Counted from the stretch's first letter, positions 48,383 through 60,944 are shown. The stretch: 64,000 nt of DNA from Squalus acanthias (GCA_030390025.1 CM059432.1:27406001-27470000); one strand, 5' to 3'. Program-made: numbers and translations. The notes: generated by a model not told the origin, from the letters alone.

Positions 48383-49738
48383 AGTAAGAGTCCTAAATAA
48401 AGTGAATTTAAGGCAGCCCCCTGTGGAAGTGTATTTTTGTCTCGGGCACAAAATGGCTTCCTAGAGACAAAGGGGGAAAAATTCAGCTGCTTGCGCCTCC
48501 CGGTAGCGCCTTAAGAGGGCGCTAATGGGGCGTAAAGCAGCTAACGCCCGGGCGCAGCGCCGCCCACGCCTCCCGTAAAATTCAGCGGGAGGTTAGCGGC
48601 GGCGTCAGCCGGTAGCGCCCCGTGGCGCTGCGCCGCCGGCGATGACGTCATCGCCGTGCGCAGCACCCCGCTCGCGCTCCAGCCGCGATCTTCAGTCGCG
48701 CCCCCTGATTTACCGCCAGACGCTATGTCCGACGGGTTCAGGGAGGCGTACGTGCGGCCGGGGCGGCGATATTTAAAGGGGAGGTGGCAGGCGGCCATTT
48801 TTGTTGCTGGCCGCCTGCCAGCACCTGCCCCCGTTGCTGTCCCCGGCCCCCGTGAAGCACCCCCACCGTGAAGTGCCGGCTGCGCTCCAAGAGCCCGGCA
48901 CTTCTCTTGAGTGCCGGGCTCTTTTGCCGGCACTCCCGATCCCTGGGGGCCCAGCTGGGCCCCGGTTCGCGCTGCGCAGGGTCCCTCCCCTTTAAGAAGG
49001 GGAGGAAGGCCTGCAATACTGCGGCGCGACGTGCCGCAGCGCATGGCGCTGCGGCACGTAGCGCCAGGATATTCCCTCGCAGCGCCCCAAGAGGGATGCG
49101 GGGTGCTTCCAGTGGCGCCCCGCTTCCCTCTTGGGGCGCAACCACTGAAGTTCCGGCGCGGGGCCGCTAATTTTTTCGGGGCGCTAAAAGTCGCGCCCCG
49201 GCGAGGTTAGCGCCCCAAATGGGACGCGACTCAATTTTTACCCCAAAGAGTGATACAAAATGGCCGACTGACTTGTTTGGGAAAAGATAAAGATGTTTAT
49301 GACTTCTCGTGGAGATGAATTTAAACTTTGCAGACTATGCTGTCTTCATAGTCTGCTAGTACAGAGAAAAAAAGGCTTCTTCTAATCAACTTGAGATAAC
49401 CAAGGATTAGTGAAGTAAACAGCCAGTCGCTTGGCCTTGGTGGGAGAAGAAGAACAGATAGATAGACTCCATTTTGTAGAGATTAGCTAGTCTCATCGTA
49501 AGGCATCTCTTATGTTTTTTTTTACTTTTAACTTAGCTTACCTTAAACAACATGTCATGTGATATGGAAAGCTTGTATTATCAGTGTATAAGAATGTTCC
49601 ATTTTCTGTGATTTTTCAGTGTGTCATCGTAGCTATTTGACTACAGTTGCATTCTCCTTGCAAGCAAGTAAATAATAAAGCCTGCCTTGACGATACTTTA
49701 TGTTTCAAGAGTCTTACTCGGAAGTCAAAACTTCGACA
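48383..49738 (+). mobile_element. ERV 5' LTR interrupted by a GC-rich MITE (5' boundary tentative)
   Basis: Ends ...cttcgaCA 8 nt before the PBS; TATA-like gtataag ~49585; AATAAA 49674. The start is inferred from TGTAAG at 59611 in copy 2. Confidence 0.7.
48472..49244. mobile_element. Young GC-rich Harbinger-like MITE, family C
   Basis: Imperfect TIR GGGGGAAAAATTCAG / CTCAATTTTTACCCC, AAA TSD, CpGs largely intact. Confidence 0.88.
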
Positions 49739-49746
49739 GTATTTCT

Positions 49747-49764
49747 TGGAGGTCCCACCGAGAT
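49747..49764 (+). promoter_or_regulatory. Retroviral primer-binding site complementary to tRNA-Gln
   Basis: TGGAGGTCCCACCGAGAT is the reverse complement of the vertebrate tRNA-Gln 3' end (ATCTCGGTGGGACCT-CCA). A splice donor CG|gtaagt follows at 49781. Confidence 0.9.
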
Positions 49765-50487
49765 CGCTTGCTACCTTTCGGTAAGTCACGGACAAAAGAC
49801 ACCATGAATTTCTAGTGACAAATCCTGAATGGCCACAGTGATGTTTTATCACATAAAAAGGATTTCTCATTAGATACTGAATTGGTGTAGTCTGTTTCTT
49901 CCGACAGGAGTACTGCGATTGTTAAGACTCGTGTTTTAGATTTGAGTTGAATCTTGTAACTTTTGCTTCTTTTTTAACATTAAAAAAAAAGGGAGGAGGA
50001 TCATGACAGCTCAAGTTTCAAAACTATCGGGCAAAGGAGGCAAGGGAAAAGTCGACAGGGTTGTATCCCGGACTGATAAAGGTACCAGGTTATGAGAAAG
50101 CGCTAAAAGATTAAAACTGCAGTATCAAGGGTGGGTCCCTTAAGCCGTGAAAAGAAAAAAAAGAAACTTGCGGTAGAAAGGTTTAGATAAGAAACCTTCG
50201 TATAGAGTATAAGTTAACTGTTAAGGACTCAGTTTGTAGTGGAGAACAACGCAAAACTGAGAATTGACTATTTGTTTAGTTTAAAGTATAAGGTTAAATG
50301 TTTGATTAATTGATTTGTTTGCCTGTTTGGGCTTTTGCATTACTTATAATTGTCTTGATTGTTGTTAGTTCTTGTTATTGTTCATCGCTTGTAGAACTTT
50401 GGATGGTCAAATATAATCGTAAGGGGGTAAAGGGTGAAACTTGCGATTTAGAATAAGAGTGCCTAGTATAATTAAAACTTTACTAAG

Positions 50488-51264
50488 ATGGGAGCTTCAC
50501 AGAGTAAGATCCCAGAAAAAGGAACTCCAGCTTTTTACATCTTCCAGAACTGTGGTCAGACATCCACAAGGGATTTGTCTGATTGGTCTAAATGGACCAA
50601 GAATGACAAACACCCGTTCCCTATTGATGGAACCTTTAACCTAGACAGAATTACATGTCTAGAGGACTGTCTCGCAAATAGAGACCCACAAAGAAAAGGT
50701 AAAAAGTCAGTAAATTGGTCAGCCTTTTCAGACTGGAAAAAGGAAGCAGAAAGGCATAAGGACTGTAGTATACAAGCCAGTAGATCTGACATTAAAAATA
50801 AGAGAAAAGACCCCGTGAGTAAATTGGCTAAACAAGATGAAGTTAGACAAATGACTTTAAGAATAGAAGCAACTATGGGGCAGCATTCTGGAATGACCAA
50901 AGAAAATTACCAGATTCCTTTAATTAAAGAACCATTGCCTTTAGTCTGCCTAGATTGGAGACATAAAACAACTCCTGAATTGACACAAATTCTGAAAGGA
51001 ATTCAGGAGAGAAATAGGGACCAAAAGAATAAAGTTTCCCTCTTAATGAAGCAAGCAGCTTCCGCAACACCGGCGGCCCAGAATACTATTTATTCAATAC
51101 AAGCAGACAATTTCTCTGGCCAACATGCCTTTCTCCTATCAGACAATGCCCCTATGAACCTTTTAGGGAGAGATTTGCTATGCAAAATGCAAGCAACAAT
51201 AATTTGTTCAGAAAAGGGACTACAGGTGTATGTAGAAGGAAAAGATCTAATTTACCGACATTGA
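50488..51264 (+). CDS. Internally deleted ERV gag-protease fusion ORF, 258 aa
   Basis: N-terminal myristoylation motif MGASQS; matrix-like W..W..FP.DGTF; C-terminal retropepsin motif HAFLLSDNAPMNLLGRDLLCK. No DTG active site, CCHC knuckle or RT. Confidence 0.8.
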   Translation: MGASQSKIPEKGTPAFYIFQNCGQTSTRDLSDWSKWTKNDKHPFPIDGTFNLDRITCLEDCLANRDPQRKGKKSVNWSAFSDWKKEAERHKDCSIQASRSDIKNKRKDPVSKLAKQDEVRQMTLRIEATMGQHSGMTKENYQIPLIKEPLPLVCLDWRHKTTPELTQILKGIQERNRDQKNKVSLLMKQAASATPAAQNTIYSIQADNFSGQHAFLLSDNAPMNLLGRDLLCKMQATIICSEKGLQVYVEGKDLIYRH

Positions 51265-51602
51265 AATCTGAAACTCAGCAAAAAAGAAGGGATTTGGAAA
51301 GCCAGGAAAATCTGCTGAGACGCTTATGTAAAAAAAAAAGAGAGAAATTTAAAGTTTTATCGACATGGAAGTTATTAATGTCTGTGCCAAGACAAATAAA
51401 ATCCAGGATTTGCTGAGTGAAAGGAATCTTAAAAGGAATACTGAGATCTCAGTTTGTATGAAAGTGAGTGAAAATGTGCAAGTTTCCCTGACTGTGAATG
51501 TTTAAGTTTGTTAAGTTTGTAGAATTCGCAATATAATCGCGATTTTATAAATAAGGAGAAAACACATAGTTTCGTTCAAACAGCTTTATTTCAGCAGAAT
51601 GC

Positions 51603-53718
51603 TGTCAGGTTTTCAAAGTGGACACAAGCAGCCTGTAAAATGGCCGCCATGCCTCGTGGCAGAACATTCTAGACTTTTCAATAAGCAGACAAGATGGCGT
51701 TCCAATAAACATTTGTGCGAGATCGGACAAGACTCAGCACATTTGAGATAAATCACAAGACATAATGGGGGAAAAATTCAGCTGCTTGCGCCTCCCGTTA
51801 GCGCCTTAAGAGGGCGCTAATGGGGCGTAAAGCAGCTAACGCCCGGGCGCAGCGCCGCCCACGCCTCCCGAAAAATTTAGTGGGAGGTTAGCGGCGGCGG
51901 CAGCCGGTAGCGCCCTGTGGCGCTGCGCCGCCGGCGATGACGTCATCGCCGTGCGCAGCACCCCGCTCGCGCCCCGGCCGTGATCTTCAGTCGCGCCCCC
52001 TGATTTACCGCCAGACGCTATGTCCGACGGGTTCAGGGAGGCGTACGTGCGGCCGGGGCGGCGATATTTAAAGCGGAGGTGGCAGGCGGCCATTTTTGTT
52101 GCTGGCCGCCTGCCAGCACCTGCCCCCGGCCCCCGTGAAGCCCCCCCACCGTGAAGTGCCGGCTGCGCTCCAAGAGCCCGGCACTTCTCTTGAGTGCCGG
52201 GCTCTTTTGCCGGCACTCCCGATCCCTGGGGGCCCAGCTGGGCCCCGGTTCGCGCTGCGCAGGGTCCCTCCCCTTTAAGAAGGGGAGGAAGGCCTGCAAT
52301 ACCGCGGCGCGACGTGCCGCAGCGCATGGCGCTGCGGCACGTAGCGCCAGGATATTCACTCGCAGCGCCCCAAGAGGGATGCGGGCTGCTTCCAGTTGCG
52401 CCCCGCTTCCCTCTTGGGGCGCAACCACTGAAGTTCCGGCGCGGGGCCGCTAATTTTTTCGGGGCGCTAAAAGTCGCGCCCCGGCGAGGTTAGCGCCCCA
52501 AATGGGGCGCGACTCAATTTTTACCCCAATGGGTTTGCATTTTACACATAAATACTGGAATCGGTCTCCCAGGTGCGAATAAGGGCTATTGTACCAAGCG
52601 ATCAAGAACCCATCCAAAGACATTAATATGCAAAATCCCCACGTCTCTACGATGAGAGAGCCGTTTGCGGGTAGTTACAGAAAACATTTGGAAGCCCCAA
52701 AAGCCCTCCAGGGAGACTACCAGCCGGTTACACAATGGGAGAAGTATTAACGGGTACTCAGGCAGTTACAAGTATCACCGAAACCCATTAAAACGGAGAT
52801 CACCCTATACAAGAAGTTTGAGCGCCAAAACCCTAACAAAAGAAAAGACATTAAGATTGGGCGGGAAAAGAGGAATTGCAGCACTATAACTGTAAAGGTA
52901 CAACCGTCCATCTCTCTCTTTCTTGACTCTTGGATCCTGACTCCTTACTGCTCGACTTGCTAGAAGACTATTGAACTTTCTGATCCGCCAGGATCAACCT
53001 CGTGGCTTGCCGCGAAGATCTGTGTGGAACCGGGCTGTGAAGCCTTGAAACGGGCACACCATCCCGAGAAGTCGGTAAACGGTGTTGGAACCGAAGGCCC
53101 GAGATGAGATGAGATGAGATGAGATGAGATGAGAAGAAGACGACCATACGTATCGCCACGGTCAGTAAGCCCCGACCGCGCCTGTAGGTCGAATAGACAC
53201 TTTCCTTGCCCAGGAAGACTAGTTTTACAGAACTGGCATCGGAAGACCATTCTTCGAGTTTTATCGCATCGGGGCGAGGGCACAGGAAGACTATTTTTTC
53301 GAGTCGTGTCGGAACTCCGAGGACAACACAGATCTTCATGACAGCAGACGGTCCAGCCTGCTAGCCGGAGCAGAAACGAGTAAACAAGTGGGGTACAGAG
53401 ACCCCTGATCAACACGTGGGTGATCAGGTGCTGCGGTAAAAACATCCTAGCAGAGTTTTCGGAATTCTCCGAGTTATCACAAGTGGTGAGCATGAGTCTC
53501 GATCCTACAAATCTAGTTTAGAGCAGGTATTGATAGGGGAGGGTTTAGGTTTTAAGGATAACTGTAATGTGTGCCCCCATTTACGATGTGTCGTTCATTC
53601 CTCGTTTCCCTAAAATTAGTTACATAACTGCGTGTAAGATTGTACTGTCATTAATCTGTGCTTATGACATGTATTTCGTAATCTTGAATAATATGCAATA
53701 AAGATTTTCCATTTCGTA
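51603..53718 (+). mobile_element. Putative second, unrelated LTR-like element (contains MITE C; cut by the duplication junction)
   Basis: Begins TGTCAGG; YY1-like AAAATGGC/AAGATGGCG, TATA-like ctataac ~52885, (GAGAT)n at 53101, AATAAA 53697. No similarity to LTR 48383-49738. Confidence 0.4.
51767..52527. mobile_element. GC-rich MITE family C, second independent insertion
   Basis: Same TIRs, AAT TSD, different flanks; 12-bp indel relative to the 48472 copy. Confidence 0.88.
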
Positions 53719-56700
53719 CCAACCCCGCTCCCAACCCGCCTCCGAACCATCTTCCCGGGAGGCGGAACCCCGATTCGCGCAGGGACCCGTCTCCTAGCGG
53801 CAGGAAGGGGCTTAGAGCCAATTAACTGCCTGTTAACAGGTAGTTAACAGGCAGTTAACAGGCTTTTCACCATTTTCCACCTGCTGATGCGAGCTTCCCG
53901 ACGGCAGGAAACCCCGCCAGGGTCAGCGAGGCGAGCTGTGGGTCTGCTGCAGTGTAAGTGTGCAAATGACAGCTGCAGAGGTAGTGTGATAGGTGCAATG
54001 GTGCACAGGTAAGTATGACAGATGAGAGAATGTAGTGAGAAATATTTTTATCCTGTTTATATGTATCTGCAGGTGACAAGGTTTCTGTGAAGCCTCATCT
54101 GATCGGAAGAATTGACAGATGGCTTCTGCAATCTCACATGCAGCTGCCATCTGATTTCTCCTAAGGAGAGAGTCATTAGAGAGCCTGCGTGCAAGGGCTC
54201 ACCTTTAGACAGTGATTGTCAGTGTTTGACAGCACCTCAATGCTGTCAAACACTGACAATTCATCTGTCAAAAAATGATGGTGCCTGTCACTTTAACAAA
54301 ACCGGCAGATGAAGCATCATGCACTGACGTCATCTGACACCGGCTTTCCCTTGATTGGCTGGCAAGCCTGCAGGGTGGGCTTAACAAGGCCAATCAAGGG
54401 AAAATAGCGTTTGTTCGTCAGACGTCGCTGGGTGCAGGACTAGAACCCAGAAACCAGTAGTCCCGCCCCCAACGCGCCTCCTCAGGTAAGATCGCGGCCA
54501 AAGTATTTGTTTAATTTCTCTGCCATTTCCTTATTCCCCATTATAATTTCTCCTGTCTCAGCCTGTAAGGGACCCACATTTACTTTTGCTAATCTTTTCC
54601 TTTTTACATACCTATAGAAGCTTTTACAGTCTGTTTTTATATTTCTTGTTATTTTACTTTCATATTCTATTTTCCCTTTCTTTATCAATTGCTTGGTCCT
54701 CCTTTGCTGAATTCTAAAATCCTCTGAATCCTCGGGCTTACTACTCTTTTTGGCTACATTATAAACCTCTTCCTTTGATCTAATACGATCTTTAACTTCT
54801 CTTGTTATCCACGGTTGGACCACTTTTCCTGTGGGGTTTTTGTGCCTTAAAGGAATGTATATTTGTTGTAAATTATGTATTAATTCTTTAAATGCTAGCC
54901 ATGCTCATCCACTGTCATACCTTTTAATGTAGTTTCCCAATCTATCTTAGCCAACTCGCCCCTCATACTTATGTAGTTTGTTTTGTTTAGATTTAAGACC
55001 CTAGTTTCAGATTTAACTTTCGGAAGAAGCCCAAACTAGACTAGAACTGCAAACACACACACACACACACAGCTAATAACAGCTCCTGGGTTTCCCTTGG
55101 TGTGCCACAATTGGAACCTTTTTGCAGGAGATACAAGGACCACTTTGCCCCAAATTCTGGTACTGTGCAGCATTTCTAAAAACTCTCTGCATCTTCTCCC
55201 AGCTTCGCCTACACAAAAAATAGATATTACCAGCCTACTACCGTGGCATTGCCTATGGTGAGTCAGAGGTAACACTGAAGTCTGACTTCTGAAGTGTGAT
55301 GGCCAAAGTCTGACACTCACAGAAAATGCATTCTTTTTACAAAATATTTTACCTGTGGATCTCCCATGGTATTGCACATGGTAGGTAAGTCTGAGGATAT
55401 GGGGGTCGAATATCCATGGGGGAGTGCAAGAGATATGTAGCAATGGCAGGTAATTGGAGTTTTGATACAGACCAGATGTCATCTAATTGAATGGCGGAAC
55501 AGGATCAAGGGGCTTAATGGCCTGCTCCTTTTTCCTATGTTCCTATCCCAGCGTAAGTGCCAGGAGTGCACCTTCCCACAGCCTGCACCACTGATCCCAT
55601 CAATGGTTGCAGGGTCAAGGGCAGTGTCCCAAGAGGAACAATCCTTTGGGAGTTTAGAGGCACATCTTTCGGCATGTCCACATGTAGAAGAGGCCTGAAA
55701 GCTATACACCCTGTCCCTGTTGACCTCCTGTATCGGGGCCACTTTAAATATTTTAAAAAATTGTGTCCCTGATCCCAGCCTGGATCCCCAAATGGGTCCC
55801 AATTCTGCCAAGTGTCAGCAAGATTTCATTGAAGTCAAGCATAGCTGTGCCGAAACAATAACAGGTCCCCATTCCCATTAAACTGCTGACCACCCAACTT
55901 CTTTTCCTGGCTCCCTTGCTAGCTGACATTGTAAGTGCTTACCTCTCCTCAGTTACTGTCTCCCTCCCTTTCAAAACTGCCACCCCTCTTCAAAAAACAT
56001 ACCCATGGCCCTCTCCAATCTCCCTTTCCTTGCCAAAGCCCTTGAACATGCTGTTGCTTCCTAGATCCATGCCCATCTCTCCCATCCCATTGATGGGCTC
56101 ACATGTGATCCTTTGCTTGCGAATGATGTGGTGAGGTGTAGCATGTAGACAATAAATAAAAAGAGAACAAGGATGGAGATTTTGGCAGGCCACAGGTGAC
56201 CGCACGGGTCCAGGAGAAGAAACCCTTTGAGGAGATGTAGTGGCTATGTTGAGAAAGGAAGCGATGGAACCACGAGAAGGTGGTGCAATGAAGATGGAAG
56301 ATAAATGATGGATGCTTTGACAGCTTCAAAGGACAGAGAGAAGGAATAGCAAGCCACAGTCACACAGGATGTTGTTGGTAACTTTGACTAGAGCATTCTT
56401 GGTGCTGTGGACAGGTGAAAAGCAGGACCAAAGATAGAATGCTATAAAAGGATTTGAGAGAGTCAGAAGGTCAAGGGTAGGCTTACTTGAATGGGAGGTG
56501 ATGAGGACAGTTTTGAAAGGGCTGGAAAGTGTCAGAGGTTGGGAAAAGGTTAATAATATCAGAATGCATTGGTTGAGAAGAGGGAGTTGGATTGTCAAGA
56601 GATCTGGGGTGATCGAGGAGGCATTCAGTGGGCTCCATGGAGGAAATGAGTTTGATCGGTTCAAAGAGGAGCATAGTGAAGAAACTGCAGAGTGAGAGGA

Positions 56701-56897
56701 AACAGAATTGAGTTCAAAGGTGAAAGGGGGTGAGTAGGGGAAGGGGAGAGATGGGAACCATAGTCTTGGTTTTGGGGACAAAGGTGTCTGTGAGCTTATT
56801 GCATTTAATGTGAAAGCTGAGGATGGGAATTGCAATAAAAACAGAAAATGCTGGAAATACTCAGCAGGTCAGGCAGCATCTGTGGAGAGAGAAACAG

Positions 56898-56934
56898 AGT
56901 TAACGTTTCAGGTCGATGACCCTTCGTCAGAACT
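56898..56934 (-). ncRNA. Duplicate minimal hammerhead motif
   Basis: Identical to 45669-45705. Confidence 0.75.
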
Positions 56935-58214
56935 GGAAAAAGCTGGAGATGTAACAGATTTTAAGCAAGTGTAGGGGCAGGGAAAGGGGGGAGGGGAGGA
57001 AAGAACAAAAGGGAAGGTCTGTGATAGGATGGAAGGCAGGAGAGATTAAGAGATGGTGCAAGGCAAAAGGAGATGGTAATGAGACAAGTTAAGAAACAAA
57101 AGATGGCTCTGGAGAAGTGTAAATGGCACTGGCAGAATGAAAGACAGCTGCCATGTGGGAGAGAGAAAAAAATAAATAAAATGGAAGAAAAAAAAAGGAT
57201 AGGGGCAGAGGTTATGGTCTGAAATTGTTGAATTCTATGTTGAGTCCAGAAGGCTGTAAAGTGCCTAATCGAAAGACGAGGTGCTGTTCCTCGAGCTTAC
57301 GTGGGGAATTGCAATAGTGGGAGGTCTAAAAAAAAATGTCTTTATTCATTCATGGGATGTGGGCATCGTTGACAAGGCCAGCATTTATTGCCCATCCCTT
57401 ATTTGTCCTTAACTGAGTGGCTTGCTAGGCCATTTCAGAGGACTGTTAAGAGTCAACCACATTGCTGTGGGTCTGGAGTCACATCTAGGCCAGACCAGGT
57501 AAGGACAGCAGATTTTCTTCCCTAAAGGACATTAGTGAACCAGATGGGTTTTTATGACAATCTGGTAGTTACATGATGGGTGGTGGCAGAGATGATGGGT
57601 TTAGGACCATTCAAATATGTTGGGATGATTCTGGTGGATTTGACCATGAAGAGGCAGTAGAACACTGTTTAAGTTGATTGCCACTTGCATGCACATCAGA
57701 CTTGAATCTGCAGAAGTGAGTTGTCTACCAGAGCATTGATGAAGGTGAGAGATCATCTGGGATCTGGTAGAATGAGAGCTTGAAGGTGAATGCATTGGCA
57801 TTGTGGAGTAGATCAACGTGGACTTTTTTGCAATGAGTGTAAGACGAGAGACGAGGGGCAAGAAATTCATTATAGCTCAGGAATGGGCGGTATCATTAGA
57901 AAAGTTGGAGAATTAGCGCCAGGTGCTAATGCTTTAGACTGCACACAAAATTCATGTTCACTGCTCAAAGAAATGATTGGAGCGCTAATTCAAGTCTTTA
58001 AGCCCAAGTTCATTGGCGTTACATTCAAAGGGTAGACCAATATTGCTTGTAGTCTAATCGCAAGTCATCATTGTCACAGACTTTTTCCAGTTCTTAAAGG
58101 GGACGTTCATTCATGCTGCAGCACCTCATTCTCAGCATTGCTGGCTGTGTAGCTGCCTCAGCAAGCAGCAGCAGGTCAAGGAGAAGGAACCAGAGGACTG
58201 AAGCAGCTGTACTC

Positions 58215-58845
58215 ATGGCAGATCCACGCCCCAGGGAGAGAGCCTGCAGATTCTGCGATCAAGCATTGGAGGAGTTGGTGTTCGCTGTGGAGAGACGGAG
58301 GGCGGTGCTCTACCCGGCAAGTGGCAGGAGGCCCTCACTGCAAGTCTTCTGCACCATGTGGAGGGAGGTAGCGCAGCACATCTCGGGCAGCACTGTAGTC
58401 CCCAGGACCCACACACAGTGCAGGAAGAAATTTAGCGACCTCACTCGGGTGGTCAGGGTGAGTCAATCCTTCAACAAATGCTACATACCACCATCTGAAC
58501 CATAGTCTTCACACACTGCCCAAAGCACCACACCCCCAGCACTCACCCACCAACAATCTCTACCCACCAACACTCACACCCACATGTCACACCTTGCACA
58601 CAATGACAGCTATTCAAATATGGCAGGCACATCACCCAAACACATTGCTCCACAATCACTCTCACTTTCCTTTCTCTTGCAGGCCAAGGTGGCTCACAAC
58701 AGGAGGGAGCAGGAGCGCACAGGCGGGGGACAAGCCAGCACCCAACCACTTTCTAAGCTGGAGAATAGAGTGCTGCAGATTATTGGGTGCCAGGTGGTGG
58801 GTGCTGTGGCCACCGGCGACGTTGACCCCCTTGGGGACAACAATG
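58215..58845 (+). CDS. Duplicate Myb/SANT-like gene fragment (exons 58215-58457, 58683-58845)
   Basis: ORF-track proteins identical to unit 1. Confidence 0.75.
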
Positions 58846-59610
58846 GTATGTTCATCCCTACTCCTTCTTCTCACATTCCACTTCCCCCTCACACCACAAG
58901 CCTTTCCCACTTTCCCAGTTCAAAGGTAGTCCATTGACTGCAAAGCACTTTGGGACATCCTGAGGATGTGAAAGGTGCTATATAAATGCAAGTTCTTTTT
59001 ATATATGTCTCTACTCATAAATCGAGACCTTCCCCTCCCCTCCCCAATCTCTCTTTTCCTTAAGATACTGGGGGTGAAATTGAACTTCGGCAAAGGCGCA
59101 AAATGTGCGGTAGCAAATTGGCCGCTCGATATACATCCCGCCCAATATTCCTTTCCATTGAACGTCCACTTCATCACTTTGGTACTTCGCCCATGTGGCC
59201 ATTCTTTTTGTGTGAACCTAGTTATTTGTTCATTAGGGGCATCACTACTGAGCTCTATTCCTGATTTCCATCCTATCAGCTGGGCCAGATTCTAAAAGAT
59301 GCCACTGTACCTCCCAACCCCCATAGTCATAACTTTTTATTGCATAGTCTGTTTATCAACTGCTCAAATTGGAATTTGTACTTTACTTGAACTTTTTAGT
59401 GCAGTTGTAATAAACAGGTTTATGTTTATTACTATTATTGCTGTAAACCATGGAAAAACCCTTTATGTTACCGGTCATAAGCGAAAATGGAAAAATTAGT
59501 ACCAAGGAATAAACTAGCGGAATAAGGCAGACTGTCCTTCCACTGCTGGGTTCTGAGCTCACATCCAGCCCAGGCTGATGGCATGAAAGTGTTGCTGTCT
59601 CTCCGTCAAC

Positions 59611-60936
59611 TGTAAGAGTCCTAAGTAAAGTGAATTTAAGGCAGCCCCCTGTGGAAGTGTATTTTTGTCTCGGGCACAAAATGGCTTCCTAGAGACAAAG
59701 GGGGAAAAATTCAGCTGCTTGCGCCTCCCGGTAGCGCCTTAAGAGGGCGCTAATGGGGCGTAAAGCAGCTAACGCCCGGGCGCAGCGCCGCCCACGCCTC
59801 CCGTAAAATTCAGCGGGAGGTTAGCGGCGGCGCCAGCCGGTAGCGCCCCGTGGCGCTGCGCCGCCGGCGATGACGTCATCGCCGTGCGCAGCACCCCGCT
59901 CGCGCTCCAGCCGCGATCTTCAGTCGCGCCCCCTGATTTACCGCCAGACGCTATGTCCGACGGGTTCAGGGAGGCGTACGTGCGGCCGGGGCGGCGATAT
60001 TTAAAGGGGAGGTGGCAGGCGGCCATTTTTGTTGCTGGCCGCCTGCCAGCACCTGCCCCCGTTGCTGTCCCCGGCCCCCGTGAAGCACCCCCACCGTGAA
60101 GTGCCGGCTGCGCTCCAAGAGCCCGGCACTTCTCTTGAGTGCCGGGCTCTTTTGCCGGCACTCCCGATCCCTGGGGGCCCAGCTGGGCCCCGGTTCGCGC
60201 TGCGCAGGGTCCCTCCCCTTTAAGAAGGGGAGGAAGGCCTGCAATACTGCGGCACGTAGCGCCAGGATATTCCCTCGCAGCGCCCCAAGAGGGATGCGGG
60301 GTGCTTCCAGTGGCGCCCCGCTTCCCTCTTGGGGCGCAACCACTGAAGTTCCGGCGCGGGGCCGCTAATTTTTTCGGGGCGCTAAAAGTCGCGCCCCGGC
60401 GAGGTTAGCGCCCCAAATGGGACGCGACTCAATTTTTACCCCAAAGAGTGATACAAAATGGCCGACTGACTTGTTTGGGAAAAGATAAAGATGTTTATGA
60501 CTTCTCGTGGAGATGAATTTAAACTTTGCAGACTATGCTGTCTTCATAGTCTGCTAGTACAGAGAAAAAAAGGCTTCTTCTAATCAACTTGAGATAACCA
60601 AGGATTAGTGAAGTAAACAGCCAGTCGCTTGGCCTTGGTGGGAGAAGAAGAACAGATAGATAGACTCCATTTTGTAGAGATTAGCTAGTCTCATCGTAAG
60701 GCATTTCTTATGTTTTTTTTTACTTTTAACTTAGCTTACCTTAAACAACATGTCATGTGATATGGAAAGCTTGTATTATCAGTGTATAAGAATGTTCCAT
60801 TTTCTGTGATTTTTCAGTGTGTCATCGTAGCTATTTGACTACAGTTGCATTCTCCTTGCAAGCAAGTAAATAATAAAGCCTGCCTTGACGATACTTTATG
60901 TTTCAAGAGTCTTACTCGGAAGTCAAAACTTCGACA
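59611..60936 (+). mobile_element. Duplicate ERV LTR (TG...CA) with MITE C at 59700-60442
   Basis: TGTAAG...TCGACA; the MITE carries a 30-bp deletion. Confidence 0.72.
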
Positions 60937-60944
60937 GTATTTCT

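Larger units (their letters stand above)
42143..53718 (+). repeat. Tandem segmental duplication, unit 1
   Basis: Near-identical to 53719-64000; offsets 11576 at the start, 11229 after the SINE and 11198 after a 30-bp indel. Confidence 0.97.

Noticed and set aside
49747..49764. tRNA-Gln gene
   Set aside because: Only 18 nt complementary to the mature 3' end including CCA, directly after an LTR end; this is a PBS.
48541..52493. Overlapping 60-170-aa ORFs in the GC-rich blocks (and their duplicates)
   Set aside because: Expected in GC-rich MITE DNA; no domains recognised.
51603..60936. A 3' LTR completing a provirus
   Set aside because: 51603-53718 shares no similarity with the 5' LTR and has no polypurine tract. 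The LTR at 59611 is followed by its own PBS and arises from the tandem duplication.
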